Assembly (NCBI GenBank): GCA_008632985.1 | Contig: QPGO01000139.1 | Coordinates: 62,001 to 126,000, forward strand | Reading direction: 5' to 3' | DNA: 64,000 bases | Source: Psammoneis japonica | Lineage: Eukaryota | Part shown: positions 49,941 through 62,472 of the stretch, piece by piece | Position numbering within the stretch: the first letter of the stretch is position 1 | How the letters are laid out: the number at the start of each line of letters is the position of its first letter | Made by a program: the position numbers and the translations under genes | Notes under the pieces: model-generated | The model's database searches: none | What the model was told of the DNA's origin: nothing | The model's input: only the letters and a program-made list of their open reading frames with translations

Positions 49941-50974
49941 TACTATGGTGGGACGACTTTTTCAGTCCTGGGACGATAAGGTTTGTTTTTATTCAATCAT
50001 GATTTAGTAAATAAAGCTTTGTTCATATCAAATTTATTCAATCTTAAATATATACATTTACGAAAGTAACACGATTGGATTGGATGCCACCACAGTTTTT
50101 TGGCAAGGGATCTTGCTTGGCAGTCACCGAGATTCAGAGTGTCACTTCCACCTGCCTCATTTCACACATCAAGTCGTTTCTTTGCATCATTGAGTTCTCC
50201 ATCCCATGCGATCCATAACAAGCCTCAAGGCTTCTATCTTGAGCCTTTTCCTCTTTTTTGTTTGTTTGTATGACGTAGTTATCGTGGTCGAATGCGGTTT
50301 CAAAGAAGCACAAGTTCCAGCATGCTCTTCGAGTTGGGGTCTCTCGCAGGAACCATTCGTGGAGACCTGTTCCCTATTACTCCGGAACGAAGCTTCCGCT
50401 AGCTCAACGATTATGAGAAGTACATTCGCAGACCTTATCTTCAACGTGACCGAAGGCGGAGTTGAAAGGTCCTTTGGTGGTCTTCCGCTCGCGCTTGTTG
50501 GAACTTTTCACGTTTTGGCCTGTGCCAATGGGAACCCATGCGTAGGAGAGAACGCTGGGATCCCGGCATCATCTCCCTCTGACTACATTCAGGCGTGCAC
50601 AATGATTGAAACTACCTTGAATCGACTTAATCTGTTACCTCTGCAAGCAGAATCTTGCCTGGATCACAACATGGCCTCTCCTTTGAAAATTGCAGGCTAG
50701 AGTAGAGTTCACTGTTGGTTGGAACAGCAGGAAAGCCAGCGAGCCTTATCAAACAATTTTTTACTATAATCGTGTAAATACCGTACCTTTATAACCCTGA
50801 TCGCGTCAGGATCGTGTGTCGTGTGGCTATTTTCTACGTTTAGATGTGAGCTGTATGGAAGGTAGAGAGGTTGATGGCTTTGACGAGTGGTATTTCACAT
50901 CTGGAGTCTACAATAGTTTCCGAGTTAAGACTAGATAAAACCGATATTTGATATCGCCCTCAAATATCCATCGC

Positions 50975-52701
50975 TTACACGATACTTTCTGGAGGTTGCT
51001 GTGCTAGTAGCGCTTCTTGATCGGGTGGCCTAGATGGTTGACGCCGACGTCCCATGTCACTCGCCATGGGCAGAGGAAGGAATTCCGGTTCTCGCGAAGA
51101 GGGCAAGATTGCTAGCAACGGATGACGCGTTCCGTAGACCTGCTGCCAATTCCGCTTGGTACCCAAGTCATAGGGATTGACAAATTTCCGCTTTTGTTTC
51201 TTTGCCCGTCTCTTGTTGGCGCAGTTTCCTGTGAGAAAAAGCGAGAGCAGATCCAGTAGATTTTGAGAGACAGCACCACGTCAATCCATCAACCTAAACA
51301 TCGCCTCTATTGTCTTACCATGAAATTCAATAGTCGTTTGTGCCGTGAGCAGAAGGTAAAGATGAAACCCAGCTAAACAAGAGACTGCCAACCCCACAGC
51401 CAAGCACATCATGAAACTTAACGCAATGGGCGCCTTTTCACTCGCAAAGGGAGTCAATGGGTACAGTCTTTCCATTGGATTACTTCCTTTGGCTTTGTTG
51501 TATCGTACTTGTTCCAAATATTTGTATCGATTGTTTCCGGAGCTCTCCAAGAATGGAACCAGCGAAACAATGGCACCATACAACATTCCTGCGCTCACGT
51601 AAAAAAGAAAGTTCACAAAGTATCGATAGTTGAAATAGCCAACTGTGTTGAACATCCTTAAATACAACACGGATGACAACGATACATGGAACAGGGAGGT
51701 TGAGTATCATGAAGAAAACAATTCATTCAAGCAATCCATAGCTACAAGACAAATTCGTACCATGGGCAGTAATGATCCATGTTGAGCACAAGGCATTTCA
51801 TGACATGATCGTAATGGGATCGTGGCGGCTTTGGTTGGTTGGAATAGCTACAGAATCCCCACTCATCTGGCGACATGAGCATCCAACGGTGCACCCTCTC
51901 GCCCGAGGTCTTGCTGTTGGCAGTGCTCGCAGATGACGAATTAGATGGTGCCGCAGACGACTGTCGTTGTGTAACTGTGCCCCCACCCTGACTAGAAGAA
52001 GTAGTAGTACTTGTTGCAGAATTTGCGTTTCGTCGCTCACGCGCTTGTCGTCGTTGCGTGTAAAAGAACATTTTCTCTTGATAATCCCGCTTTGCTTGTT
52101 CCACTTGTGCGGGCGTTTCTGGATAATTGTATCCCGTCGCTACTGCCAGTTCACGCACCACCTTATCAAAATGTGGACCCTTATTGCGTGTCATGACGCA
52201 TAGAGCATAATTGTAGAGGACATTTACCAAAATAAAGGCAACATATGATACGTGACTGGCAACCTTAATCTTTCCCACCCACGTGTCTTTGTTGTATGCA
52301 ATCAGCATCGGCAATACAATGTAGAAAAAGGTGTAACTCAATCCACTCGCAATGGCCAAAGCAAAGCATATCAGCACTGGCCCCAGCAGGTACACAACGC
52401 CATCCACAAGCGCAGTGGCGACATTTAAGCAAGCCTCCTTCATTCTAGGTGGCAACGTGAACCGGAACCGTCCACCTATTGAAAAAACCCGTCTGCCGCT
52501 ATTCCGTCTCAAATCAATCACAGTGTGCGGTGAAGACATTATTTTCCAGTATGTTTGTAGCTGTCTTTCTGTTGTGCTTACAGCTTCGTTGCGGCAGCTT
52601 CCGGGGTGCACAAAGCGCTTTGCAGCGGCCGCTGTTTTTGCCCACTGTTGACTGTTGCCTGTTGCCGACATTGTTCGTGTCGTCCTGCCGCGTGCGTTCA
52701 T
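50975..52701 (-). CDS. DHHC-family palmitoyltransferase (DHYC variant), 3 exons (52701-51761, 51656-51319, 51228-50975)
   Basis: KPPRSHYDHV...MDHYCPW|MFNTVGYFNYRYF, QTTIEF and NPYDLGTKRNWQQV. Confidence 0.9.
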
Positions 52702-52940
52702 GCTGTGGTCCGTGTTGGTGTGTCCGTGTGTTTGATCGGTCGTCGGTCAGACAGGCTGCGAGACACCGCGCGCGCACGCGACGTGATGCGATCTTTATTT
52801 GGAATGGATGTTTTGGGTTTGCGATGTTGCTGGTGTGCTGGATCGAGTGAAATAGCTTCATCGACATATTCTTTTAAATGCACATGAATAAACTGTTTCT
52901 CTCTAGTGCAGTGATATGGTGATAAGAATATAATGAAAAC

Positions 52941-53471
52941 ATGGGCGTGGTGATAAAAGAAGCGACGTTTCGTCCGGCAGAGACAGACATGACTGGTTTT
53001 GTCAATGTCGTTCTCAAGGGTTGGCTCTTTTCTGGAGCGGGTTTCAAAATTGAGGATTCCGACTGCAAGGAACCGACGCTTGTTGATGTGGGTACCTACA
53101 TTTGTGCAAGAAACATGGTGCTTGAAATTACCCGACTCGACCGACAAGCGGGTACCGGTATCATTGAATACAAAATGGTTCAGGATGCTGTTTTACAGCG
53201 ACTTTTAGACGCAGCCGAATCCTTGGAGGAGAATATTGTGAGTGAGAAACCTCCAATCGCCTCCTTTTCTGGTTATATTCACGTGACAAAAGAGGAAAGC
53301 GGCGAGTTTAGAGTCAATTGGAAATGCACCTTTCAAATCAAGCTGCACGTGAATCTGTTATCGTTTGGATTCTTCTCTAGAGAGTTTGGTAATTTGACTC
53401 AAGATGCGATTGATAGCGATTTACAGAGGATTGAAGATGCAGTCGCAGAGGAATCTAAATCAAAAGGCTGA
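52941..53471 (+). CDS. Hypothetical protein (176 aa, possible SRPBCC/START-like fold)
   Basis: Clean ATG ORF with host composition, divergent from the DHHC gene. The fold assignment is a guess. Confidence 0.6.
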   Translation: MGVVIKEATFRPAETDMTGFVNVVLKGWLFSGAGFKIEDSDCKEPTLVDVGTYICARNMVLEITRLDRQAGTGIIEYKMVQDAVLQRLLDAAESLEENIVSEKPPIASFSGYIHVTKEESGEFRVNWKCTFQIKLHVNLLSFGFFSREFGNLTQDAIDSDLQRIEDAVAEESKSKG

Positions 53472-55488
53472 AACGGACAAGTCACATGGTCACACCGCAT
53501 ACTCAGGTAGTTCTGGGACGCATGTCAGCTATGTACGGGCGCACTGGTTGCGTTCGGGTGTTTGCTTCACGAATGCCCTACATACAATTTAAATGTAATC
53601 TAAGATAGACTACTAGTACTCCCTCGTTGGCCGTAGCCGGCTGTTCCCCAAGATGTTTTGGCCGCCTATTCCATACCGGTAGTTAGTTTATCGTATGACA
53701 AGAAACTAGGATTGTGAGCTTCTTGTCGGCCCGCTTATTGGCGGACAGGCTACGGTACGCATGCTTGTTTCCATCATCTTGATCTTGAATCCCGATCCAC
53801 TCGCGTTGTACTTGAATCCCTATCCGCTGCACATGGCTCATGATTGCTTGTAGTTCCAGGTCTCGTTGATTCTGGCATTTCGAGTCTTCCACAATCCGTA
53901 ACGTTTGAATGTAGGTACGTGTTGGTTGTGCGTATGTTCTGAACCGCAGACGCCACGAAATTCTGGATGGAATATCGCTGCTAACCCGGCTTACCGTTCA
54001 CGCACGTAACAGTTAGTACCTTGGGCATTCGATGATACGGATTCCATCAATTGCGCCAACGATAACGTCAATTCTTGCCACATCTCCACAAGCTGAACCG
54101 CGCTAGCTGTCTGAAAGTAGGTGCGTGTTGTGCATATGCTGTATCCGAACTGCAGGCGCCACGAAGTCTCTTTTGAATATCGCCGCTCACCCGAACTTAC
54201 CGATCGTTACTGAAAGCAACAACACGACCTTGATCATTCAAGCCGCACGGAATCAGCTTGGGCAGTTGATAAAACTCGTTTGAAAGCATTCATCTGGAAC
54301 CAGTAAAGCAATCAAGGACCAGTGCATTCCCAAGCCCACCGTCTTTATCTTCTTGCCTCGTCTTGATTTCTAACAGCGCTCTCTTTATCTCCCGCTTTCT
54401 CTGTCGTTAGCCATTTGCTTGGTGTCTCTCTTGATCTTCCCCGCTCTCCCATCACTGTCTCTCTCTCGAACGACTCTCTAGCAATCTTGAATCTCCCCTC
54501 TCTCCGCCAACTTTCAACCGATGATAGCCAACTTCAACAGTAGATGCAGTGTGCCGAACACGTATATTCCAATCTTCATCGTCGCAATTCGCCATTCCTG
54601 TCCATTTGATGCAGCAAAGCGTCGTGTAAGTCACAGCGGAGAACATTGGTCGAGAACGATTCAAGACAATTGAACCATCGGAGTCACAAGAGACTAAGCA
54701 ATATACATTGACCGGACTTGATGGTGATTGTCCGGCTCTCGTCGAGATCGCGTACTGTAGATTTATTCAGTCCGTCAAGTTACATGTCTGTTGTGTGCAA
54801 GAGTCAACGAATGCAAAACAAACGAGGTTGCTGGCTTTTTGACACAATAAAATACCCATGCCCAATGAATTCGTCTTGATTCGAGGTCGATGTGTACCCC
54901 CGACCAAATACACAAAGGAAAACAGTAACAGACCAATCCACATGAGGTCCACGTTTGGGTTGCCAATAAAACTCGAGACGACTCACCCTGTAGCCGAGCA
55001 GCCTTGGATACCAACAAACCCACGTGGTTATAAAAGTGATATCAATGACTGAGTTGCGTGTCATGTGAACGCGTGAGCGTCATCCGTCTGATTTGACTGA
55101 CCGCCATTTTGAAACGCCAAAAAATTGTTTTGAACGAAATTGTGACTCGGAACCAACGACTTCAATAAATGATATTAGAATTCGTATATAAATTGATTCC
55201 TTCGACGTCATCGATCATATTTTCCTTATCATTTCATGAATAACCTACAGTGACAAATTGGGGATTGAAATATCCAGTCACTTGAACGTCCAAAATGATA
55301 ATGATTTTTTAGGGAGATAGAAGATGAGAGATTTCCAGATTGAGATCGAGAAGGATCGATGAGAACCCCACAAAAATTGCAATCCACAGAAACACCCGAG
55401 TGCTTTGAGCTTTGACACCCCGTTATTACCATCCGTCTTTGAGCTGTATCCGAAGTCGAAAGCCCGTCCCAGTTTCACAATCTCAACG

Positions 55489-56142
55489 ATGAAGAACATT
55501 GTGTTGGTATCATTCTTGATTTATCTGGGGATCGCGAATTGCGACGACGCTAAAATTTCCTTTGATGCTGACTTGGACGAGAACTGCATGGATCGCGTCG
55601 CCGACTGCCCCACCGACGCTGCATTGTGGAATTCGTGTCCTATTGCTTGTGCCACATCGTTGGAGCCACCAATCCGTGTGGATTTTAGCAATATTGATTC
55701 CGATGATTTTTTGGCATTGACGGCTACTGACATTCATGGCAAGACGATTCGCTTCGAAAACTATGACGGATACGTCACGTTAGTCACCACGGTTCCCTCC
55801 GTTTTGGTGCCCTACTACTATGAAATGTTGGAGCACTTACAATCTATTTATCCCTTTGCGTTGGAAGTTCTCATGATTCCTTTGGAAAAGAATAAGTCGA
55901 AAAAGAGCAAAATTGTTCCTCACGAAAATGGCAAGGTTGTTGTTTTGACAGAAGCGGACAAGGTTCTAGATTATTTCACGAAGGACTTGCGCAAGGTTGT
56001 CAACGAAACCTATGCCACCGGCTTCTTATTTTCTGTCGACGACGATTTCCTTCAAGTGCATCATTCGCCAAATATGGAGACTCTCAAAGATCACATCCGA
56101 AAAGACATGATTAAATTGGAAGACCATCAGCCAGAATTTTAG
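55489..56142 (+). CDS. Secreted/ER protein with an ShK-like Cys motif and a glutathione-peroxidase-like thioredoxin fold
   Basis: Signal MKNIVLVSFLIYLGIANC, CMDRVADC...CPIAC and FLALTATDIHGKTIRFENYDGYVTLV. C-terminus ends QPEF. Confidence 0.7.
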   Translation: MKNIVLVSFLIYLGIANCDDAKISFDADLDENCMDRVADCPTDAALWNSCPIACATSLEPPIRVDFSNIDSDDFLALTATDIHGKTIRFENYDGYVTLVTTVPSVLVPYYYEMLEHLQSIYPFALEVLMIPLEKNKSKKSKIVPHENGKVVVLTEADKVLDYFTKDLRKVVNETYATGFLFSVDDDFLQVHHSPNMETLKDHIRKDMIKLEDHQPEF

Positions 56143-56279
56143 AGATTATTTGATATCCAATAAGCTGCATGTGTCAACTTACCTTGTGATATAACTCTCT
56201 GAATATGCTACGAGTCTTATGTGTGAACGTGTAGTGTTGGCGAAGGAAGATAGCAACTCAGAGCTTATGATTGAATGGC

Positions 56280-56525
56280 TCTCTCGCTCTCTACTCTAGA
56301 GAGGTGAGATTGACGTTTAGTTGTTGAGATTTGCCACCGGACTGATTTGATCACTATTACTTGGACCAGGATACAATAGACTACTCTCTAGAGAGTAGGG
56401 CCCTACTACTTACTACTTCTACTCTCTACTCTCCTACTCTAGCTACTCTCTAGAGACTAGAGTAGAGAGTAGAGGTCTACACTCTTTAGCTACCGTAGCT
56501 ACGGTAGAGTAGGCGAGCGTACTGT
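56280..56525. repeat. CTAG/CTAC/GGGCCC low-complexity island
   Basis: ctactctctagagagtagggccctactacttactac...ctagagactagagtagagagtag...taccgtagctacggtag. Confidence 0.85.
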
Positions 56526-56559
56526 AGCTTTGGAGACGAAGCATTGCATTAGAGACTGA

Positions 56560-59500
56560 CACGATGGCCAGAGCCAACCGAGGCTCCTCCGATTTACCGA
56601 CGTGCACGATCACCAGACTTGGTCTTGATCCTAGCAGACAACAACCAACACCACCACTGAGAGAGCATTAAAACCATGTAGGTTAAAAAACAATTGAGAG
56701 GAGTCTCATGGCTCGATGCATTCGGCAGATGCGTGCAAGTCACACTGGGGGGTTGGGCAACATGTTTCCCACACCCTCCGCAGGGTCTCCCCACTGGAAA
56801 CAGCAAAGAGGGCTCAAAGGCAAAACCCTGGATCCAGCCTGGGGGGGGGGTGATCCAAGCTTTGATGTAAACCCATGCCACGGTGTCATTCATCATGGTG
56901 GAAGTTTGTTGCAAAAGCAAATCCCCGCGTCGAGAGGGCAGCTCAGCTTGTCCTCTCAATCCCTGGGGCCCGACATCCAATTGGCTTTCCTCACTCACAT
57001 CCTCAGTGGCTCCCTTGGCTGCCTGAGAGAAGTGTGAGCACATGCCCACCCCCCCCCCCCCCCCCATTGAGAACCCTCATTGGTGGTGGCCATGTGCCAC
57101 CTGCGCGACACAAGAAAAGCACAAGGAACCACACTCTGCAGTGCTTGGCAAATTTGGCCAACTCTTTTTGCTTGCATTGCACAAGTGTGCCACAAAAAGG
57201 GTTCCAGGAGCAGAGTGACATCTGCACAGTGATGCTTCATTCGATGGGTGGGGCATTTTTCCTTCTTGGCCAAGCGGTTGATCATGTCAACGTCATTCAT
57301 GTCGACCGTTTTCATGATGGCACAAGAATCCAATCCTCACCAAAAAGATCTTGATGCATCACATTTTTCCTCAATGTCAGCATGCAAAGAAACATCCAAC
57401 TGAATCAACAACAAAAAGTGCAAATTGAAGACACAGCACAAAGCCTGATGAAGCTGAGCATTTGAGGCTCCAGAGGTAAGATGTTTCCCCCGAGATTGCC
57501 GGCCCACTGACTCTGCCCAAATTTTCATTGCTCGCCACTGCCTTCTGGAGCCACAAGTGGATCTGAGTGCCAGAGCTGGTCTTGTCACAGCACAGAAAGA
57601 GATGTCAGGGCTCCCTGTGCTCTCCCTTGACCTTGCCCAGCAAAGCCAGAACCACATGATGGTTTGAGTGGGCCCAAAGGCACACCAAATCAAGCAACAA
57701 TCCTTCTGGACCCTGGAATGAGAGAACAAGGCTCGCAGCAAAGCAAAAGCCTGCAACAAAAAGCCAAGTGTGACCAGAGCTGCTGAGCTTGGAGAGTTGA
57801 CCTTGTCTGCCACCTGAGACAGCAAACAGCTCATTGACTTTGCTGAAGTGGCTCAATCGGGGCACCAGTCCTGTCCCACTCAGTGCTTGCAACCAGCAAA
57901 GAACCTCTGGTGCCACAGGGGTGCACAAGGGTTGCTGCAGATGTGCAAATGCTGCTTTCCATCCAAGTTGACCATTGCCCATGCCTTCAAGTTTGCCTCT
58001 GCAGTGGCTCAGACCTGATTTGAGTGGGCCAAGCAAAGAAGTCTCCCCAAACTGTGTCAAGCTGAGTGCGCAGGTGGTGGGGCCCAAATCCAAGTCCCAA
58101 ACTGAAACTTGGTGGGCAGGTCAAGTGGAGAGCTTTTTGGGCAATGCCACCCAGCAATGTCATGGCCCTTTTGGCACCAATTGACAGGAGACAGCAACAC
58201 TGGTTTGGGGGTGCCACCCCAATCCTCAATCCAGGGTGACAAAGTGGGAGACCTCTCGAAGGCTCCCAAATGCAGTGGAATGAAGGACGTCATGCATTTT
58301 CCTTCCATGACTCCCTTGGTGAGAACTCCATGGGAGATCCTGTCAGTTCCTTGAGCCGCCAGTGTCCAAGTTTCATGCCGTGCACCAATTGGAGTTTCGG
58401 GCACCACAAGTCCAAAGTGAGATGCCAGCCCTTTAAGAAAGGGTTCAAAAAGTCACACATTGTGGCCAAATGCACAGTGCAACCCCTCTTCTTCTCCAGG
58501 TCCTTGAAATCAACAAAAGATGGCAACTCAATTCTTCCTTCCTCCTGCACTTCCTTGTGGACAAGCAGCAGGCTCTGGATGATGAGCTTGGTCTTGTCCC
58601 ACTTTGCCATGGACATGGTCGCCATCAAGTCTGTGCTGTTCAGCACTCAGAAGATTGCTGCTTTAGCCCAAGCACCAATTTGCTCTCTCAACGGTCCCTC
58701 TCCTCACTTGATTTGATCATTTCAGCTGCAGAGTCATGGTTTTGAGAGAAGTCACTGCATTCCACAGATCTTCATCACAGTGTGGTGTCAGCGCTCCACT
58801 CTCAGGAGCAAATTGGGTGGTGTCAGTTGTTTGATGGACGTTTCTCCAAAGTGTGGAACATGACACAACTTCACATCTTTTGGCAAGTGGCACTCATCAG
58901 ACCCTTTCAGAACAAGAGAAGAGATTGAAAACTGAGTGGCCAGCATTGGCAACTGCATTTGGGAGCAGTTGTGGGAGTTGTTGGATGAACACAATGATGC
59001 AGTTCACGGGCACAATGCAGAAACAAGGAAGTCTTCTCAGCATCAAGATTCCAAAGCAGAAGTGAAAGCCATTTGTTTGTGATCAGATGATTGCCCAGTG
59101 AGAGACAAGGCACATCTGCTGGATTTGGCAGAAGAACACTTGACACATTTGACACATCATCTCTGCAACTGGCTGGCCATGGTCAAGCCAATGTTCAAAT
59201 CAAGCATCAGAGAAGCAAAGCGGTTTGCTGCCAGAGGTGCAAGAACCATTGCAAGTTGTTTTGGTGTGGCGTCACCCTCAGGTGATGCTGATTCTGGCCA
59301 ATCATCACATGCTCCTGCTGCGCTGTTGGTGCACAGGGGGTGTGGGTTGGCTTGTTGCTGGAGTTGCAGGGTGGAAGTGCAGCAGCACTTTAAAATGTGG
59401 ATTTTTGGTTTTGTTTTGTTTTGCTCTTTCAATGGTGGTCAGAACTTGTGTGGTGCATTCTGGGTCCCCAAGTGCTGGAGTCGTGATGCCATTTGTCTTG

Positions 59501-61000
59501 CCACTCACCACATGTTTTCCTTGCTGAACCCCAGCCCCCTTCTTGGATCATCTGCAGACATTTTAAGATCACACTCAGCAATGGCCTGACACTTCTCAAT
59601 CCACTTCATTGCCCTGGGGGGAACCATGGTTTGTGCACCATGTCTCCAGGAAGGTTAAAGAATGTGAGAGCAAAGCCCACAGGATTGTCTGGGAGAGAAG
59701 GATCTCCCCTGCTGCAAATCTCTTTGGCCCAACAGAACATCCTCACCACATTGCATGGACTTGGCATCACACCCATGAAGAGGCAAGCCCATTGTTCATT
59801 GTTCATTGTTCACAGCAGACGGGAGGCCATTCAAACCCTTTGGGTTCTGGGAGACACTTGGTGAGAGGAGAAAGGTTGACAACCACATGTGGTCTAATCT
59901 TGAGATCCACAAATGTGTTGAGGAAACAATCCCCCAGATCCAAGTCCACTGAAAAGGTTGGTGCAGTCATGCAACCCAGTGCAGACTTGGGAGAAGGGAG
60001 AAAGAAACCTGGGGCCCATGAATGAAGTGTCATTCAGACTCAAGGACATGCTGTTTGCAAACCATCTTAATGTCTTCAACAATCTCCACCAACTCTCCTC
60101 CCTCAGGTTCCTGACACACAATCTTGGGGACCCAGAAGCAGTCAGTGGACTTTTGACATGCTCGCACTTCAGGTGCCCATGAAGGTGGACCTTCTGGATC
60201 TTTTCCACACCATTTGTTTGATCTTGGAATCTGCACCTTAAATTTGCTGTCACCTGGAATGCTGGGAAAGAGGATCTCTGATGAAAATGGGAGTGCCATC
60301 AGCTGCACCAAGAAGTTCCTCCCCTTTTGGTCAATGCCAGAAGAAAAGGGTGGAACCCCTGTCTCAAGCCCACCAAGAACTTGGGAAAACTTGCTCCAGA
60401 GCTTCACAACCAAGTGCAGCATTGACCCCCCTGCTTCCGACCATGTTGGTCTGCATGAGTTCACTGCAAGGCAAACAATGCCACAGCCCAGGTCTCCCCA
60501 TGAGAGTCCCAAAGACAATTGCAAACAAATGCCAAAGACACTGGCACCACCCCTGGAAAGCACCCAATTGCAGCACCTCAAGTGCCTCTGGAGACATGGG
60601 GAACAGCAACACAATCCGTTTGTCCCAAAGCCAAAATGGAGGAGCCACACTGACGCTTTTGGCAGCCTCATCCATGATGAGTGAAAGGTCAATCCATGCA
60701 TGGGGCAAGAATCTCCCCAACTCAGGGAGCCACATCTCATCAGCACATTGAGGCTGCGGGCATGTGCTGAGATCAGCATTGAACAGGAAAGCTCCAGGCT
60801 GCTGGCAACTCATCTCCATCCACAAGCTCCAACCACCCTGAGATGCAAAAGCAAGGTGGACAACCACCACCTTGTGCAGGTCCATTGGTTGCAAGCAATC
60901 ATTGCTTGAGTGACAGTCCCTGGACCCCGCAGCAGGCACATTTTCACCCATGACCTTGTGATTGATTGTGTGTCCAATGGCCCTTGTTTGATGCATGGGC
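56560..61000 (-). mobile_element. Tyrosine-recombinase (DIRS/Ngaro-like) retrotransposon remnant
   Basis: RT: CFWVPK..DIKMVC, WAPGFFLP, DLDLGDCFLN, MGVMPSPC and NLPG. Then LEKKRG...PFLKGWHLTLDLW and AQGTDRISHG...FIPLHL...WAPPPA. YR tail: DVDMINRL...MKHHCAD. Confidence 0.8.
58690..59560 (+). mobile_element. Non-LTR (LINE) 3'-end fragment nested in the YR retrotransposon
   Basis: LWELLDEHNDAVHG (W..W..RN..VHG motif) and HLCNWLAMVKP. Splits the YR-element RT. Confidence 0.55.
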
Positions 61001-61139
61001 GGGGGGGGGGGGGGGGGGGTCACATCAAAACCTGATGCAAAAAACTTGGGTTGCATGGACATGACTCCACCAACCCACCTGTGGGGAATGGAAACCAGTT
61101 TGGCACTCTGCAGATCATCACACCAACTTCCTTTTCCAA

Positions 61140-62472
61140 ATTGCATGTGGAAGTGCCTTGAGTGCCTTGTCTCGCTGTCTGGGAGCCAAAACTGTGGAGG
61201 TGCCTTGAGTGTCTTGTCTTTCTTCAATGGGGTCCCATCATCTGAGGGAACTCCAAATGTGGAGGTGTGCCTTGAGTGCCTTGTTTCCCTTCAACAGGTT
61301 CCCATCTGTGGGAACCCACAATGTGGAGGTGCCTTGATTGAATTGTCTTCCTTTAACAGGCTCCCATCTGAGGGAGCCCAAAACCTGGAAGTGCCCTGCC
61401 CCCCTTCAATGGGTTCCCATGTGAGGGAACCCAAAATGTGGAGGTGCCTTGAGTGCCTTGTCTCCCTTTGATGGGATCCTGCATGATGAGAGAACCAAAA
61501 ATTTTGAGGTGCCTTGAAAGTCTTGTCTTTCTTCAATGGGTCTCATCTGAGGGGCAGAACCCCAAATGTTGAGGTGCCTTGAGTGCCTTCTCTCCATTCT
61601 TCAAGCAATCCCCTCTGACAGAGCCCAAAATGTGGAGGTGCCTCAAGTGCTTTGTCTCCCTTTGACTGGTTGCCATTTGAGGGAACCCAAAATTTGGAGG
61701 TGCCTTGAGTGCCTTGTCTCCCTTTAACAGGTTCCCATCTGTGGGAACCCAAAATGTGGAGGTGCCTTGAGTGCCTTGTCTCTCTCTAACAGGCTCCCAT
61801 CTGTGGCAGCACAAAATGTGGAGTTGCCTTGAGTGTCTTGTCTTGAGCGCCTTGTCTCCCATTGACATGGGATGCTGCATGAGAGAACCAAAAATGTGCA
61901 GGTGCTTTGAGAGTCTTGTCTTTCTTCAATGGGGTCTCATCTGAGGGGCAGAACCCAAAATGTGGAAGTGCCTTGAGTGCCTTGTCTCACTGTGGTGGGC
62001 TCCCATCTGTGCTGGGAGCCAAAAATGTGGAGGTGCCTTGAGTGTTTTGTCGTCTTTCTTCAATGGGGTCCCATCATCTGTGGGAACTCCAAATGTGGAG
62101 GTGTGCTTTGAGTGCCTTGTTTCCCTTCAACAGGTTCCCATCTCTGTGGGAACCCACAATGTGGAGGTGCCTTGATTGAATTGTCTCCCTTTGACAGGCT
62201 CCCATCTGAGGGAACCCAAACCCTGGAAGTGCCCTGCCCCCCCTTCAATGGGTTCCCATGTGAGGGAACCCAAAATGTGGAGGTGCCTTGAGTGCCTTGT
62301 TGCCCTTTGACAGTTTCCCATTTGAGGGAACCCAAAGTGTTGAGATGCCTCAAGTGCCTTGTCTCCCTTTGACATGGTCCCATCTGTGGGGACCCAAAAT
62401 GTGGAGGTGCCTTGAGTGCCTTGTCTCCCTTCAATGGGTTCATGTTTGAGGGAACCCAAAATGTGGAAGTGC
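61140..62472. repeat. About 60-bp minisatellite (about 22 units) with higher-order duplication
   Basis: Unit gggaacccaaaatgtggaggtgccttgagtgccttgtctccctttRacaggYtcccatctgW. Confidence 0.93.

Noticed and set aside
50187..50700. ORFs 50206-50700 (+) and 50187-50444 (-)
   Set aside because: No family motifs and no convincing gene structure.
61140..62472. 60-bp repeat as a CRISPR array
   Set aside because: Contiguous degenerate tandem units without spacers.
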